DNA of 39,429 bases, from NCBI GenBank assembly GCA_905331295.1, contig CAJNYD010000213.1, positions 1 through 39,429 of the forward strand, read 5' to 3'. Position numbers and translations under genes: made by a program. Shown here in pieces: positions 25,564 to 38,015 of this stretch; the stretch's first letter is position 1; each line of letters starts with the position of its first letter. This DNA comes from Rotaria socialis. Taxonomy: Eukaryota. The notes beneath the pieces were generated by a model. It had not been told where the DNA came from, made no database searches, and saw only the letters and a program-made list of their open reading frames with translations.

Positions 25564-26604
25564 GTATATTGAAATACGTGTAATGTTTACGGATCTGTTA
25601 TAGTCTGTGGGCGGAAATGTATATGTGCAGCGTTTCAAGGAGTTTATGTTTATGTAGCTTTAGATAATTCAAAATAGAAGAAAATACTTGAATTGTGGCT
25701 GGCTTGTGGCATAAAATGTTTCTGTGAAAGACTTTTAGTGGGAAGACGTGAACGATGATGTTTTCTTTTGGTAAATTCGCAATGGAAGCTTCGGCAGATA
25801 CAGTTTGTATATTTGAATATTCGTAATCTCTGTTGAGATGATGTGAAGCGATATATATGTTTATTTCCTGTTTTTTATGCTGAAATTAGCAATACTCTAG
25901 ATGATCACCAACTGTTGTTTTTCACATTTTTAGAGATTTTGGAACAGATGTGAAGCAATTGATGCTGATGAAAATGTTATCAGCTTTATTGAGTGGAATT
26001 TTCTATTTTATGTTTATCAACATGAATCTTACTAAAAAGTTCACATAAAGATTGAAATTTAAGGTAAGTGTATAATAAAGTAAAAATGAAAAAAAGTGAA
26101 ATTTTCTGATCTAATTTTACTTTACCTGATATCGAGAATACTTATGGATAATTGCATTGAGTCGTGAAGAAACATTTGATGCTGAACAAACAAGGTCACA
26201 ATCATTAAGATAATCAAGAATTCGGTAAACGAGTTCAACCGATAATACATCTAATTTTGGATGAGTTTTGTTCGACATAAAAGAAAATTTTTGTGGGACA
26301 CTACGAATGTTGAAGCGTACACTAAATATTTAATATATTTATCGAGTTTTGTTTTCATGCGTGACTTTCAAAGTCTTACGTTGCAATTTTCGATTGGTAT
26401 TGCAATTACTTGTTTACAGAAGGAAAGAAAAGAGATAGTAGATGTCGTAGTATGATGGATCAAAAGGTAGACTATTTTGGATATGTTTTTAACTTTTACT
26501 ATGTCAACTGTAAGGTTTTGATTTTTATTGTCTTTGAGTTCTTTAGTTGTTTTTCTTACATGAATTTGAAGGGCAATGGACTAACATTTTATCTACTTTC
26601 GAGA

Positions 26605-27800
26605 TAGTGGCGTAACCAGAGGGGGGGGGGGGGCCAGTCCGGTCTACGAATATTTGAGCTCCTCCCCCCTACGAAAATTTCCATTTCTAATCTTAGCAAG
26701 TGTCATATCAGTCTCTTGAACGGTTGAGTATTCTATATGTTGCTTCTTTTTTATGGAATATAGGAGGTTGTTTACATTTCCTTGCTCTTTCGACTTTCGG
26801 ACAATCATATTAAAAAAAAAGTTAATAAAATTTAGTGTAGCTTAGACTAAAATAATATCTTGAAATCCATTTATAGTTACTTTATTATCATTAACGAATT
26901 TTTTTCTTTACATATCGCAATTACAATTTTACTCTATGTATAGCATTTAGAATAGCAAAGCGTTGATTTGCTGAAAGTAAGAAAATAAATAACAGGTTCC
27001 TACTTTTTTCATCGCTCAGAAGAATGATAAGTTTCTACGTTATCACATCATACCCAGTTGACAGCTATTGATAATATGCTTTTTACAAGTATTTGACTCA
27101 TGCACATATCATATTTTGTAGTGACGAACCTCTCATAGCTTCTCATCACGAAGTAACTGTTAAGTGGACTTTTAGCAACTCATTGATTCACCTTTCACTA
27201 CTCATATCAATGGTAGAATCATGTCACATTAGTCGTGTATATTTTGATATTTGATTTATCACTTTTTCACAGCTAAAGATTTATTATATGAAATGTGACA
27301 TTTGCTTCAAAGTTTTTTTCAGGAAAGTTCAGGTAATGTTGTTCTTTCATCTTAGATTAGAGTGCTATGCAATAATGTAAAACGGCCTGGAGGAAATTTT
27401 TCTATTGATGTTACTAGAAGGACATCGACTTTGCAAAACTTTTAATTATCAATCCAGGAAAACATTTCGATTGCAGCATTTCGAAAATGATTCTAATGGT
27501 AAAAAGATATGGTTCATTGTTAAAAGGTTTTTGATTAGTATCCAACGACTTTCACAAAGTTTCACTACTGAAATCACTCGCTCTAAGCTCAGAAAATTTC
27601 TCGTATCACTATGATTTTATATGAAAATGTTGACGAGAATTAAGCTCATATTAAAAAGGCAACTTCGAAATGGTAATTTAAATTTTTGCAGCATAAAAGC
27701 CATGTCTTATAAATCTCGGAGGAGACCGGGATGATAATGATATGAACAACAATAGAGGCAGCTGAGCCTCCTCTAAGAAAATTTCCTGATTACGCCCCTA
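26605..27800. mobile_element. Non-autonomous hAT element (1196 bp)
   Basis: TIR tagtggcgtaaccag / ctgattacgccccta and 8-bp TSD tttcgaga / tttcgagg. A weak FSSLRR relic at ~27006 resembles the hAT dimerisation motif. Confidence 0.85.
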
Positions 27801-27819
27801 TTTCGAGGTACAAAAATAG

Positions 27820-28130
27820 CCCAGGTCCAGATGTACGGGCGGGATCCCGAAGTGAAACACGGGAAATCGCAGGAACTCGGTAGCAGTATTCCGGCCGGAA
27901 ATTCCAGGAATTTTTCCCGCCGGTTCTCACAGGAACCAGACGGGAATCAGCCGGGACACAACGAAAAATTCCGAGTATTTTCCGGCATCCGTTTCCCATC
28001 GTTTCCGACATCCGTATCCCACAGTTTCCCGGATCAGTATTCCATCGTTTCCCTGGCCAGGATTGCCCCGGTTCCTTTAACAGGATCCCGTCGTACCTGA
28101 CAACAGGATCCGGCCGTTTCCAGCTCGGTT
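27820..28130. mobile_element. GC-rich CCCAGG-starting MITE fragment
   Basis: Same 5' terminus as the element at 25298; rich in CCGG/GGAA short repeats; right end not identified. Confidence 0.55.
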
Positions 28131-28490
28131 ACAGATTTTCTTTCCAGCGCAACTGCCTAACGCAAACTAGCATACTGCTATTCAATCTTTAGCTGCTGGC
28201 AATCGTTTCCAATCCATAACCCCATCCACAAGTATCCAATCAATCAGCCAATACCTTTCAATTATGCTAACACCGTTCTACCATCACAAGCACCATCTGA
28301 TATTGAAGATGGCCATATGCTCACTTGGTTCAAACAGTTCGAATCACAAAAAAATCATTTTGAGCATGTGAGTGATTTCGAGCTCCCCTTAGGTCTATAT
28401 AAGGCAGTGCAGTCAGAATTTCGTTTCACCTCACAACTCGACGCGGTAGGGGTAAGTTGAATCATTTTTGAGCATCGGTCACAGTTTTTT

Positions 28491-28586
28491 CTTGAGGGTG
28501 TGGGTGTGAGGGCGGGTGTCCATCCGCGCACACTCACACCTACACCCACAGCAATATCCACACCCACATTCACACCCATACCCTCA
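28491..28586. repeat. Inverted GGGTGT/ACACCC telomere-like repeat patch
   Basis: ttgagggtgtgggtgtgagggcgggtgt...cacactcacacctacacccaca...cacacccataccctca. Confidence 0.7.
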
Positions 28587-28589
28587 TGT

Positions 28590-28991
28590 GCATATACCGA
28601 TGTTATAATAAATATTTTACAATCCATATGGAGTATAATTGATTTAGTTGATGAAACTAATCCAAGGAATGTTTTAGTGAAAAAAATGTCCAATGATTTA
28701 AAACCATTGAATAGTTTACTTCAAAAAAGTTCAACACGATTTTATTATGATCAAACAGAACCTTCTATTGCTGATTATTTTGTTTTTGAAGCATTTACGG
28801 CATCACGTGATTATTGCCAAAAGTTATTACCTAATGCAGAAGATTGTTAGGCATTAATAAAATTGGAACAGTTCATGAAAGAACGGCCAGCATTAGTGAA
28901 TTATTTTAGTAAAGGTTTATTATTTAAACGCTTCACAGGATCACCAAAAGAAAGTGACTACATGGCAACGTCAACTGCAACAAAAAAATAA
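28590..28991 (+). pseudogene. Glutathione S-transferase C-terminal domain remnant
   Basis: LKPLNSLL...FYY..EPSIADYFVFE...C*ALIKLEQFMKERPALVNYF carries the GST-C N-capping (S/T)xAD motif and RP motif. TAG at 28848-50; the N-terminal domain is not visible. Confidence 0.7.
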
Positions 28992-31572
28992 TTCTCTTAA
29001 TTTTATTTGAATTTATATGAAGAAAAAACTTTTTTTGAATTAATTTTCTAGAAAAAAGGAACAGTTTCGTAAACACAATTTTACCATAATATACGGGAAA
29101 AGAAACGAACTACAGAATTTGTTTTTACAGCCATTGTTTGAAAAAGGATGGATCGAGTCTTGATTCGAATATATACGATTCTTAAAAAGTTAATCCTAAA
29201 AGCCCGAAATGAATACAGATTTTTAGATTGTCTATAGGTGATTTGGATGCACAGCTGATACTGTTTGATAACTCACTTTAGTAAATAGGGTGTGGAAATG
29301 CATATGATGAGCAGATCTGCGCTCATACCCCAATCATTATTTCAGTAAACTCAAATACTAGAACCAACTATTTCCTTATTAACAATGGCCCTATGTGGTT
29401 ATTATCGAACGAATGGATTCTTTTATACTACAGAATCGGTATCAAGGGTAAGTTAGCATAGAGATGGCAAAATGATTGATCAAAAGGAACGAAACACTTT
29501 TTACGCTGTCTGGTGAAACCAATTGTACGAAACGCTATTCCTTCAATACTGATCTTGAGGATGTGGATGTTATTATTATTCACATTTCTACGTGACAAAG
29601 CTTAACATCAAAATATTGATTTTTGCATGTGATGACATAATTGGTGATACATTATGCGTTGAAAATCCGCTCAGAGTTATTACATTGAAATGAAACAAAT
29701 TTATTTATATTTTATTGATTAGTATCGACTTGAATCTAATTCAAGAAAAAAGAAAGTTTCTTTTCCCATTTCTCGTATACTATTGGTGGTATCGTATGAG
29801 TGGCAGGTTAATGTTGAATATACGAGTAATATAAGTGTCATTTATATTTTAGAGTTTGACGTGAAAGCTGAAGGCATGCTTACAAATTTGAATATCAAAA
29901 TACCTACTGCATTAGTTACTAAATCGAATATTAAATCAATGTAGCGCATATGCATCAGTATTTAGTCTTCATCAGTTTTTCAAACAAAAATAAAAATCTA
30001 AATACGAACAATGACGGATGCCTATCATACTTGATCTTATTCGATCTTTGATTGTATGAAACGTCCATGAGTTTAGCATGTCTTTTAATTCTATTGCCAT
30101 GTATTGAGTTCAGAAAAGTCATCAAGAAGATTTTTATGATGCCAGACTTGAATTTGCAATTCAACGAGAAGTACATTTTAATACACATATGCACATTCAC
30201 CATTTAGGTAGTATTTTTGCGCACTAAATGATGACGAAACAGACCGACCGTTAATGATATCTGATAGCTTGATATAAGCATGCTGAGATGTATATCGTAC
30301 AGGATGATGTGAGTAAATGTTATCAAAAATTTATTTTTCTTCCTTTTGCATCATAAATAAGTACAACATGTTGAATTTGCGCATAATTGTTTTTTCTGTA
30401 TGAGTCAAGTGTTAACTATTAATCATAAATCTTCATTTCGACACAATTCGATACGGATCAATTGAATGTAAATAAAAACAAGGTTTTCTAAAGCATCAGA
30501 TGAATCTAAGTGTCTTGAACGAACTAAGTGAAGTCTTCAATTGAATGCTCATGGATATCATATAGAGAAATGCAATAACTCGAAAATGAAATAAGAATCA
30601 TGAAGAAAAGACTCAATTTATATGTTTGCAAATACTTTTTATATTTTTACTCATTTGATTGTACCTTAGACTCGCACTGTTCCTAAGTTACAATGACATC
30701 AATAGCATTAGATGTTGTTTCAGTTTCTGGTGTATTTAAAAGACGCAAAAAATATATTTACTCATAAAATGTAAAATCAAATTTTCCTGTTGTCAAAGGC
30801 TGATAGCAGTGAATTAGAATAAATCTTCATTATTCGTGAAAGATGAGTAATAAAATATGTAATATACTGAGAATATAACAATCCGCCTACAAAACATCGA
30901 TGACTTGACTAACTCTTCTCTTTTTCGAGAGTCACATATTTTACTCACTTCCTTTTCTCTTGATGCATTCACCGACGCCGTCTTATATCTTTATTTAACT
31001 TTTCTCATTTATTTGTGAACTCACACCTACTCTGTTGGCGCAATCAGTAATAAAAGGAGCATGCTGGCAACATGACTGATACACAGTGACCGGTAGTTGA
31101 TTAATAAACATGAAAAGTCAGTTTTTGCACAAAATATACGCCAACCAATCTTTCTTATCCGGATGGATATAATTTAATTTAAAAACAGTTATCTTGCGAT
31201 GATATTAGGGAACATTCAGAGCAACTAAAGACACCAGCATATGGATCAGTTTGGTGAGTTCATACTACCCAAAGGTTTGTTTCGTTTTTCTATTGTCATA
31301 GACAGAATTCAGTTTTACGAATGACTACGTCATATAAACTAATTAAAATCTTCTTATATTGGACACTTATGGGACTTTTTAGAAGCATCAATTATGTACA
31401 GGTGTCTTACATGCAGAGGTACGATCTAAGCAAAAATTTCTCCTTGTTTATAGTCTCAGCATGGAAATCATGATAGTACAGAACTTGATCAGAAGGTTTC
31501 TTTGAGGAATCATAGAGTTATGCGATCATTTGATTTAAGTAATTTCTTTTCAGATAAATTTTCGAAATAAAA

Positions 31573-32572
31573 ATGGGCTCAAACAATAGTGTGCATATCA
31601 CAATTAGTCTCGATCAATCGAATCGATTCTTTTATGCTGGTGAAAGGATTTCAGGAGCCGTTCATCTAAATATCAATGAAGAACCAGTCGAACTCAAAGA
31701 AATATTTATTCTACTGAATGGTGAAACTGGCTATACAACAACTAGGACTGTTTGGGATAGTAACGGTTCAACAAGTACGGAAACGGACTATCATACAGTA
31801 TATTTTCTTTCGCAAAAAAACTGTTTTCGAGAGACCAAAGCCAGGAGAAAAAGAAGTACGCCTTCTTGTTGGAGAATATTCATGGCGATTCAACTTTCAC
31901 TTACCATTGGAACTTCCGCCATCCATCAATCACCCACACTATTATCCGCACGTTCGATATTATTTACAGTGTGTCATAGATAAGTCATGGTATAGATCAA
32001 ATACAAGAGAAACTTTGTTTCTAAAGGTATTTCCAAATGTTAGTATATCAAACAATCCACAATGTTCGATGCGTCCCGTGTTTAGCAATCATCATCATAA
32101 AAAAATGCATCTGAAAGTATTCATAGATAGATCGAGTTATGCACCTGGTGAAACAGTTACGGGCACATTAGAAATTGAAAATTCAAAAAGAGTGTTATTG
32201 AAGAAAATCTATCTATCCTTAATTCAACAGTATCGAGTAGAATGCAATTCAGGACAAATGAGAATTGCTCGAACAATCATTCATACGAGGCAAGAGCATA
32301 TTGTAGAAAAAATTTCATTTGACATTCCATTTATGCATTTGCCTCCATCATATGAGTTTCATGGCGGTTTTATACAAGCGACCCATATGGATGTTCATTA
32401 CATTCTAGAATTCAAAGTAAAACCAGAAGGAATTTTTACGAGTTTCAAAACTGGATTACATATTACATTAATGACGGATTCTAATGGAAATCCAACACAA
32501 AATGAATCATATTGCGTAGCTAAATCACCATCTAATTCCATTTCTTCATATTCAGAAAACAAAAATGCATGA
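31573..32572 (+). pseudogene. Alpha-arrestin (ARRDC-like) with a single frameshift; coding region intronless
   Basis: FYAGERISGAV..., GEYSWRFNFHLPLELPPS...VRYYLQCVID and SYAPGETV arrestin N/C domain motifs. The +1 shift lies in the A7 run at ~31814-31820 and may be a sequencing error. AATAAA at ~32688. Confidence 0.85.
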
Positions 32573-35500
32573 CGCAATTCACTGAAATACTCCGTAATGT
32601 TTTATACAACACATCATCGACTCTACAACAAACTTTAAACGCTAACATTTGCTTTTCTTCTGTAATCTAACGTTATTTAAGATATGAAATAAATTTGTTT
32701 TTCAACTATCTTTATTCATTTCTTATTAAAGGAAAGCAAGGATGAACATCTTAGCCAAGCAGATGCGTTGTTAACTTACGAATGTGCATTTGGATTAGTG
32801 TGCTGTGAAATGAATATTCGAAGAAAATTTGTGTATGATTTGTTGAAGTTTTGTGTTTGAATAGGTTTAACGAAAATAAATAAAGATAAAATTCTTATGT
32901 AAAAAGTTACAAAGATGACATACAGGAAGATGAACTGATAATTTAACGAAAACAAAATACGAACGAATCTATATTATCTAATGGTGATACATGACATGAC
33001 TTTATCTTCTTTGTTATAAAATATGTGCGAAAAATCAAACCAATGTGATGGTTTGATAAAAGTGTTTAATACAATTACTAATCGAGCGGATATTCTATAA
33101 AAACGACAGAAGACATCGAATGGAAAGTAATATTCATTGAAGAATAATCTACTTTTCTGCTGAAATGAATACCACCAAAGATATAAAACGTTCTGAGTTT
33201 CCTGCTAATGATGTTGAGTAGATTGGTTTCTAAAAAAGGAAACTCTGAAAAGAAACGAGTTGATTAACTGATATCGTTGCAAGAGCTCTAATGAATGATA
33301 TATAAAAACAAATGTTGTTTCAACTATTTCTGACATTGGAAAAAATAAATTTTTGTTTTCTGTTCTATGATGCCATTGAATGAAAGTTACAATGAATCAT
33401 TTTTGACATAGAAAACATAACTCTTCAATATTATTTTACTTTTGAAAAGTATATGAGAGTCAACTCAGATGAAGCTCTATGAGGAGAACTCGAATACCCT
33501 TTGATACAAAATTGTGCACGGATCTAACAGAGTTACTTAGCTTTAACCTCAACCAATTAACATAACTCATTGGTTAATTCGTATGATGCAACAAGAACCA
33601 AAGTAAACACATCGAAAACAATTCACAACAAAGACGAATGGCGAACATGTTAAAATCATGATTTTTGCGAGAGTTTTCGACGATGACAAAGTCCAATAGA
33701 TTAATATAATGCTCATTTCATTCTCGGAAAACTGCACCTTATTTCAATAGTTTTGATTTAAAATAAATCATTCAAAACAGTATCAAATCAAATATTTCAT
33801 TTACGAGGGATGATTCTCAAATGTTGATTGGAAGATTTTGATGAAAGCTACATGCAACTTTAAGTCAAGTGCTCTTATCTACAAAATTCCATAAACACTG
33901 ACTGAAAGTGAACGAATAAAAGGTGTGGATATGATGAGCAGTCCCACATCCTCTTGTTCAGATAGATTTTTGAATTTACAAAATACCACTAAACGTGAAA
34001 CATGAGAGAACTGATAGAATATTTGTTGATGATTCTAATTGTCTAAAAGTATCGTTAAAAAGAGTGTGTAAATGCCAACACATCAGTTTAATTATAATAC
34101 TATATATAAGTTTAACAGACATTTGATAATTTTTATAAAATGATATTTCAACGTAAATTTTAGAGGATGAAACTAAAACGTTTAATCTTCTATTGTTTCT
34201 ATTTCTTTGAGAGAATTATTGAAGTGTTATGGGTTGCTAAAATAAATAGAAACACATATTTTTAGTGTAAGAAAATTTGAGATGATTTCTTATTGATTTA
34301 GTGAGGATGGTCAAAGCGCGAACGCAAATGACCGCGTAAGAAATTCTCCACTCGAGAAAGTCCGATGTGAACTTTTCGCAGGTGTCAACGAGTACGATGT
34401 GCAATGTCCACGTCTCAACCTGGAGCATTCAAGTTGATGACCGTGAATGCATCCGTGGCAGGTAAGTATGCTCGATAATTCGCCTTCTGTATCTGTATAT
34501 ACTCACATAACAAGCACAAAATACACAGTAAAGAAATGAAAAATAAAGAGACGATGACTCAACATTATCGATGATTCATTTCGTTTTCGCTATTTCTTCT
34601 ATTTTTATGAAATGTTGAAAATGCAATTTATCTATTGCGCAACGAAACATTTTACATCATCACATTCAATATACTATATTCGTAGCCAAGTCTTTGCCTA
34701 ATTAATTAAAAAATTTCCATTACAAACCAGAGACTAATGCAAATACAAAAATCTTAATTCAATCGGATTTAGTTCATATCGAGAAAACACAATTGCTATG
34801 CTATTATGAATGGAATGTGTTACATCCCACATAAACTTAAGTCTTTCTGTGTTTATTTGCAAAATCTCTGAATTTAGAAAAATTTTGAAACTTGCTTGGA
34901 TTGATTCCATATTCTATGTATTAGAAAGTTGCAATATTTAGTTTTTCAAAGCTACGTTTTATAACAATCAAAGAATCAAAGTATGAAGCAGAGAAATAAA
35001 TCGTTAAATCTATAATTATTTATAACTCTCTTCAAATTGAACAGAAAATAAACAACATAAGAAATAAGCGAGATTAGCTCCTTGATTCAATAATATTTTG
35101 TTTGCGTCTTCTATGCTTTTCTGTTTAACGATAGGTATCGGGAAACATTGAAATAGTAACGCGCAGTTAAGCAACGAAACAATACAGATTTTTGTTAAAT
35201 TGACTGGTGTATAGACGAATTCTTGACTTGAAAATAAACCACGTTACAAACATGAATGTTTATCGAACTCAGTAGTAAAAATTCGTATGAGATAGCACTA
35301 TATTAATTATTACAACACTTTTAAGAACTGAATTAGTCATTTGTTAGAATTATGACAGCCCTATATCGTAACTACAAACAAGTTTCATATGTTTCTCCAG
35401 ATAATTAAAATACATTTCGTTTCACTCTTGAATTGTATGCAAACTGTTTTTATGAAGTTGTTCAGAAAAATCATATTGATACATGTTTGATAAGAGTTTT

Positions 35501-36419
35501 TTTTCTAAAGCCTTCAAACTGACCGTACATTTCAAAAATTTGTATACGTCAGTTGTCGAATCCTTGTAAACTAATGAAAGCATAGTAACCATTTAAAAAA
35601 ATTAATCATACTAGGAGTCTATTTTGGTTTCTATTCTGTGCAGGTCTGATGAGGGTGAGGGAGATAAAAGAGATTCATACATAAAAGGATCGGCGGCTAA
35701 TAAATCTAGCCTCCATTGAGTAAAAAATGAATAGTAAATAGAAACGTGCGATGACAAGAAAGCAAGGGGGAAAAGCTGAGTTCTTTGAGACTTTATCAGT
35801 TTTTCTTAAAAAATTCAAGAAACTCAAAAAACCCAAGTTTTCATCAAGTTTATCAAAAATATCCGTTTCGATTCAAATATATAAAGATGCGATGGTTTTT
35901 TCAGATATTCATACTTCTTTCTGACATATTCAAGACTAATAGTATGCAATGCGGAATCAAAATAATGGTACATGGAATAATGATTGCATATATTTCGTTT
36001 TACTGTGTGAGAAGAAAAGATATATCAGCGTATGGATTGACTAATATTTTTTTTTATTTCTTGCAGATAATCACATGCATTGAGGGTTCGCGTGTTATCG
36101 ATATTCTCTGTTTTCGAAAGAAAGAGAACGAAAAAAGAGGCGCTGCGTCCTCGGCTTGGAACTATTCAGGTGTTACATGAACATAGTTTTAGCTATTTTT
36201 GACCTCTACCGCCTGAAATAACCAATATCTAGGGTTTTCTCATGTAAAGAAACAATGGACGTAAACATGAGCTGATCCCTTCTTCGTCTAAGATTGATTA
36301 TGTAACTCTTAAATATTGTCTTATCTATCTATTCGTTTTATTATTCTTTCTTACGTTATCATTCATTCAGTCTTTTTACATTTTTATTATCTCTGCAGTT
36401 CGATTTTACCAGTTTTTCT

Positions 36420-37114
36420 ATGCCTTTAAAAAAGTCTTTCATCGATAGTAATTTTCTTTCTGATGATGTTTTCACTTATCAAGATGAACAATTTTATAAC
36501 TTCATAAGCACATATATTGACCATAGGCTAGTAGGTTTACTTAAATTTGAAGAAATCAGCATTGCACAAATTTACTTCATTTGTGGCAATGTTCTTGATA
36601 TACTAAATTTGGAATCCTCTGACTTGATTTCCTTCAAGGAATCTCTTTGTCTGAAACTGAACGATAACTCATTTAAAGTTCTTTCTGGCATAGAGAGTTC
36701 ATTTATCTATTTAACGGGATTATTAGCGAAGAAGAGAAATGAGGTAACCAATTCAATAACACAAAAATCTAATTCTCGTGCTTCTTCTAATATCGCTACA
36801 GTAATTACCATTGCTGCTAGTGATAATATAACAACTAATAATATTTCGACCGCTTCGATTTTCACACAGTCACAGTCTGACATCGTAACTCACAACATAG
36901 TCGCAGCACCTGATCAACATAAACAATTAATCAATAGAGCGATAGACGAATGCATACTAAAAAACAAGAACAAATATGGTGATCTGGATTTGAAACTTAA
37001 CTCATTCAAGGTGTAGATTATGATATTCATATTGCTGTTAATCCAAATAAAGCTGTTATACGATGCGACTGTGGAGTAAAAGCAGCATTACAGCATATTC
37101 GTAATAATTATCAG
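36420..37114 (+). pseudogene. Uncharacterised, probably transposon-associated protein with a CxCG...(LSN) putative Zn-binding motif, degenerate
   Basis: 198-aa ORF continues after a frameshift at ~37000 as QGVDYDIHI...IRCDCG...NYQ. It is followed by a mutated donor (ataagt at 37115) and an acceptor at 37825 leading to LS.. The family assignment is inference. Confidence 0.45.
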
Positions 37115-38015
37115 ATAAGTGATCAGATTCGGATCTTTAAAATAATATTTTTCAAGAAAAAGTGAAAATCGTTCTATGTGGGTGTGGATGATTATGAGAA
37201 GACAATTCACACCCACACTCACCCTGGTAAAGTAACAATATCAAAAAAGTGACCTTGAAACAAGAAAGTTTGAGAGTATGGGTGTAGAGTGTGTGTGAAT
37301 TTAGGTTTTATTGTAGGTATTTCTGTTCTATCGGCACCCCCAAGCACCTGTATCCGCTATCACATAGAAAGGGTCATTACTATTCGATTTACCAAAAAAT
37401 AAGTCTTATTGGGAAATGCCGAGGAACGAAAAGAAGCAATTAAAACACAGTCGAATGCATATGCATCGACTAGTTGAAATCATTTTGTCATCACGAATCG
37501 GAAGTTTCCGATCGATGGAACACGTGGTCAGATGTTGTGTTTACACAACAAAACAAACATTCAACTGTTTTCGCCTGATTTTTCACACATATTAACTGTG
37601 TGATTCTTTCTTTGGATGAATGCGTCAACTAAAAGCAACATAAAATCTGCGGCTTTGGGTGTGGGTTCAAGTGTCCTCGGTGTGTACGCCCACACCCACA
37701 TCCTGATACAATGAAGGATTATCTTTGCCTTTCTCCAATATTTCTATCGAAATCACCTTTACCTTCATCCTCGAATCGAAATGTGTCATGGTAGTTATTT
37801 GATTTCTCTTATTTTCTTATTACAGTTATCAATTATATACTCATAAATATTCTCAAAACATGAATACAATGAGATGAAGCGAACCGAATAAAATTTAAAA
37901 TAGATGATGAGGTCCATTTTTTCTAGCGAGTCCATTAGTAATATCTGTCTTAAAAGAAAATTAAAATAAAAATAAAAATTTGAATTATGATTTATTAAAA
38001 TGAATGAAATTATTC

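Noticed and set aside
24335..28693. Short track ORFs overlapping MITEs and repeats (e.g. 24335, 25208, 25423, 27790, 27831, 28355)
   Set aside because: Incidental frames in palindromic or low-complexity DNA with no protein motifs.
35640..35700. CTGATGAG as a hammerhead ribozyme core
   Set aside because: No downstream GAAA core with a closing stem II or compatible stems I/III.
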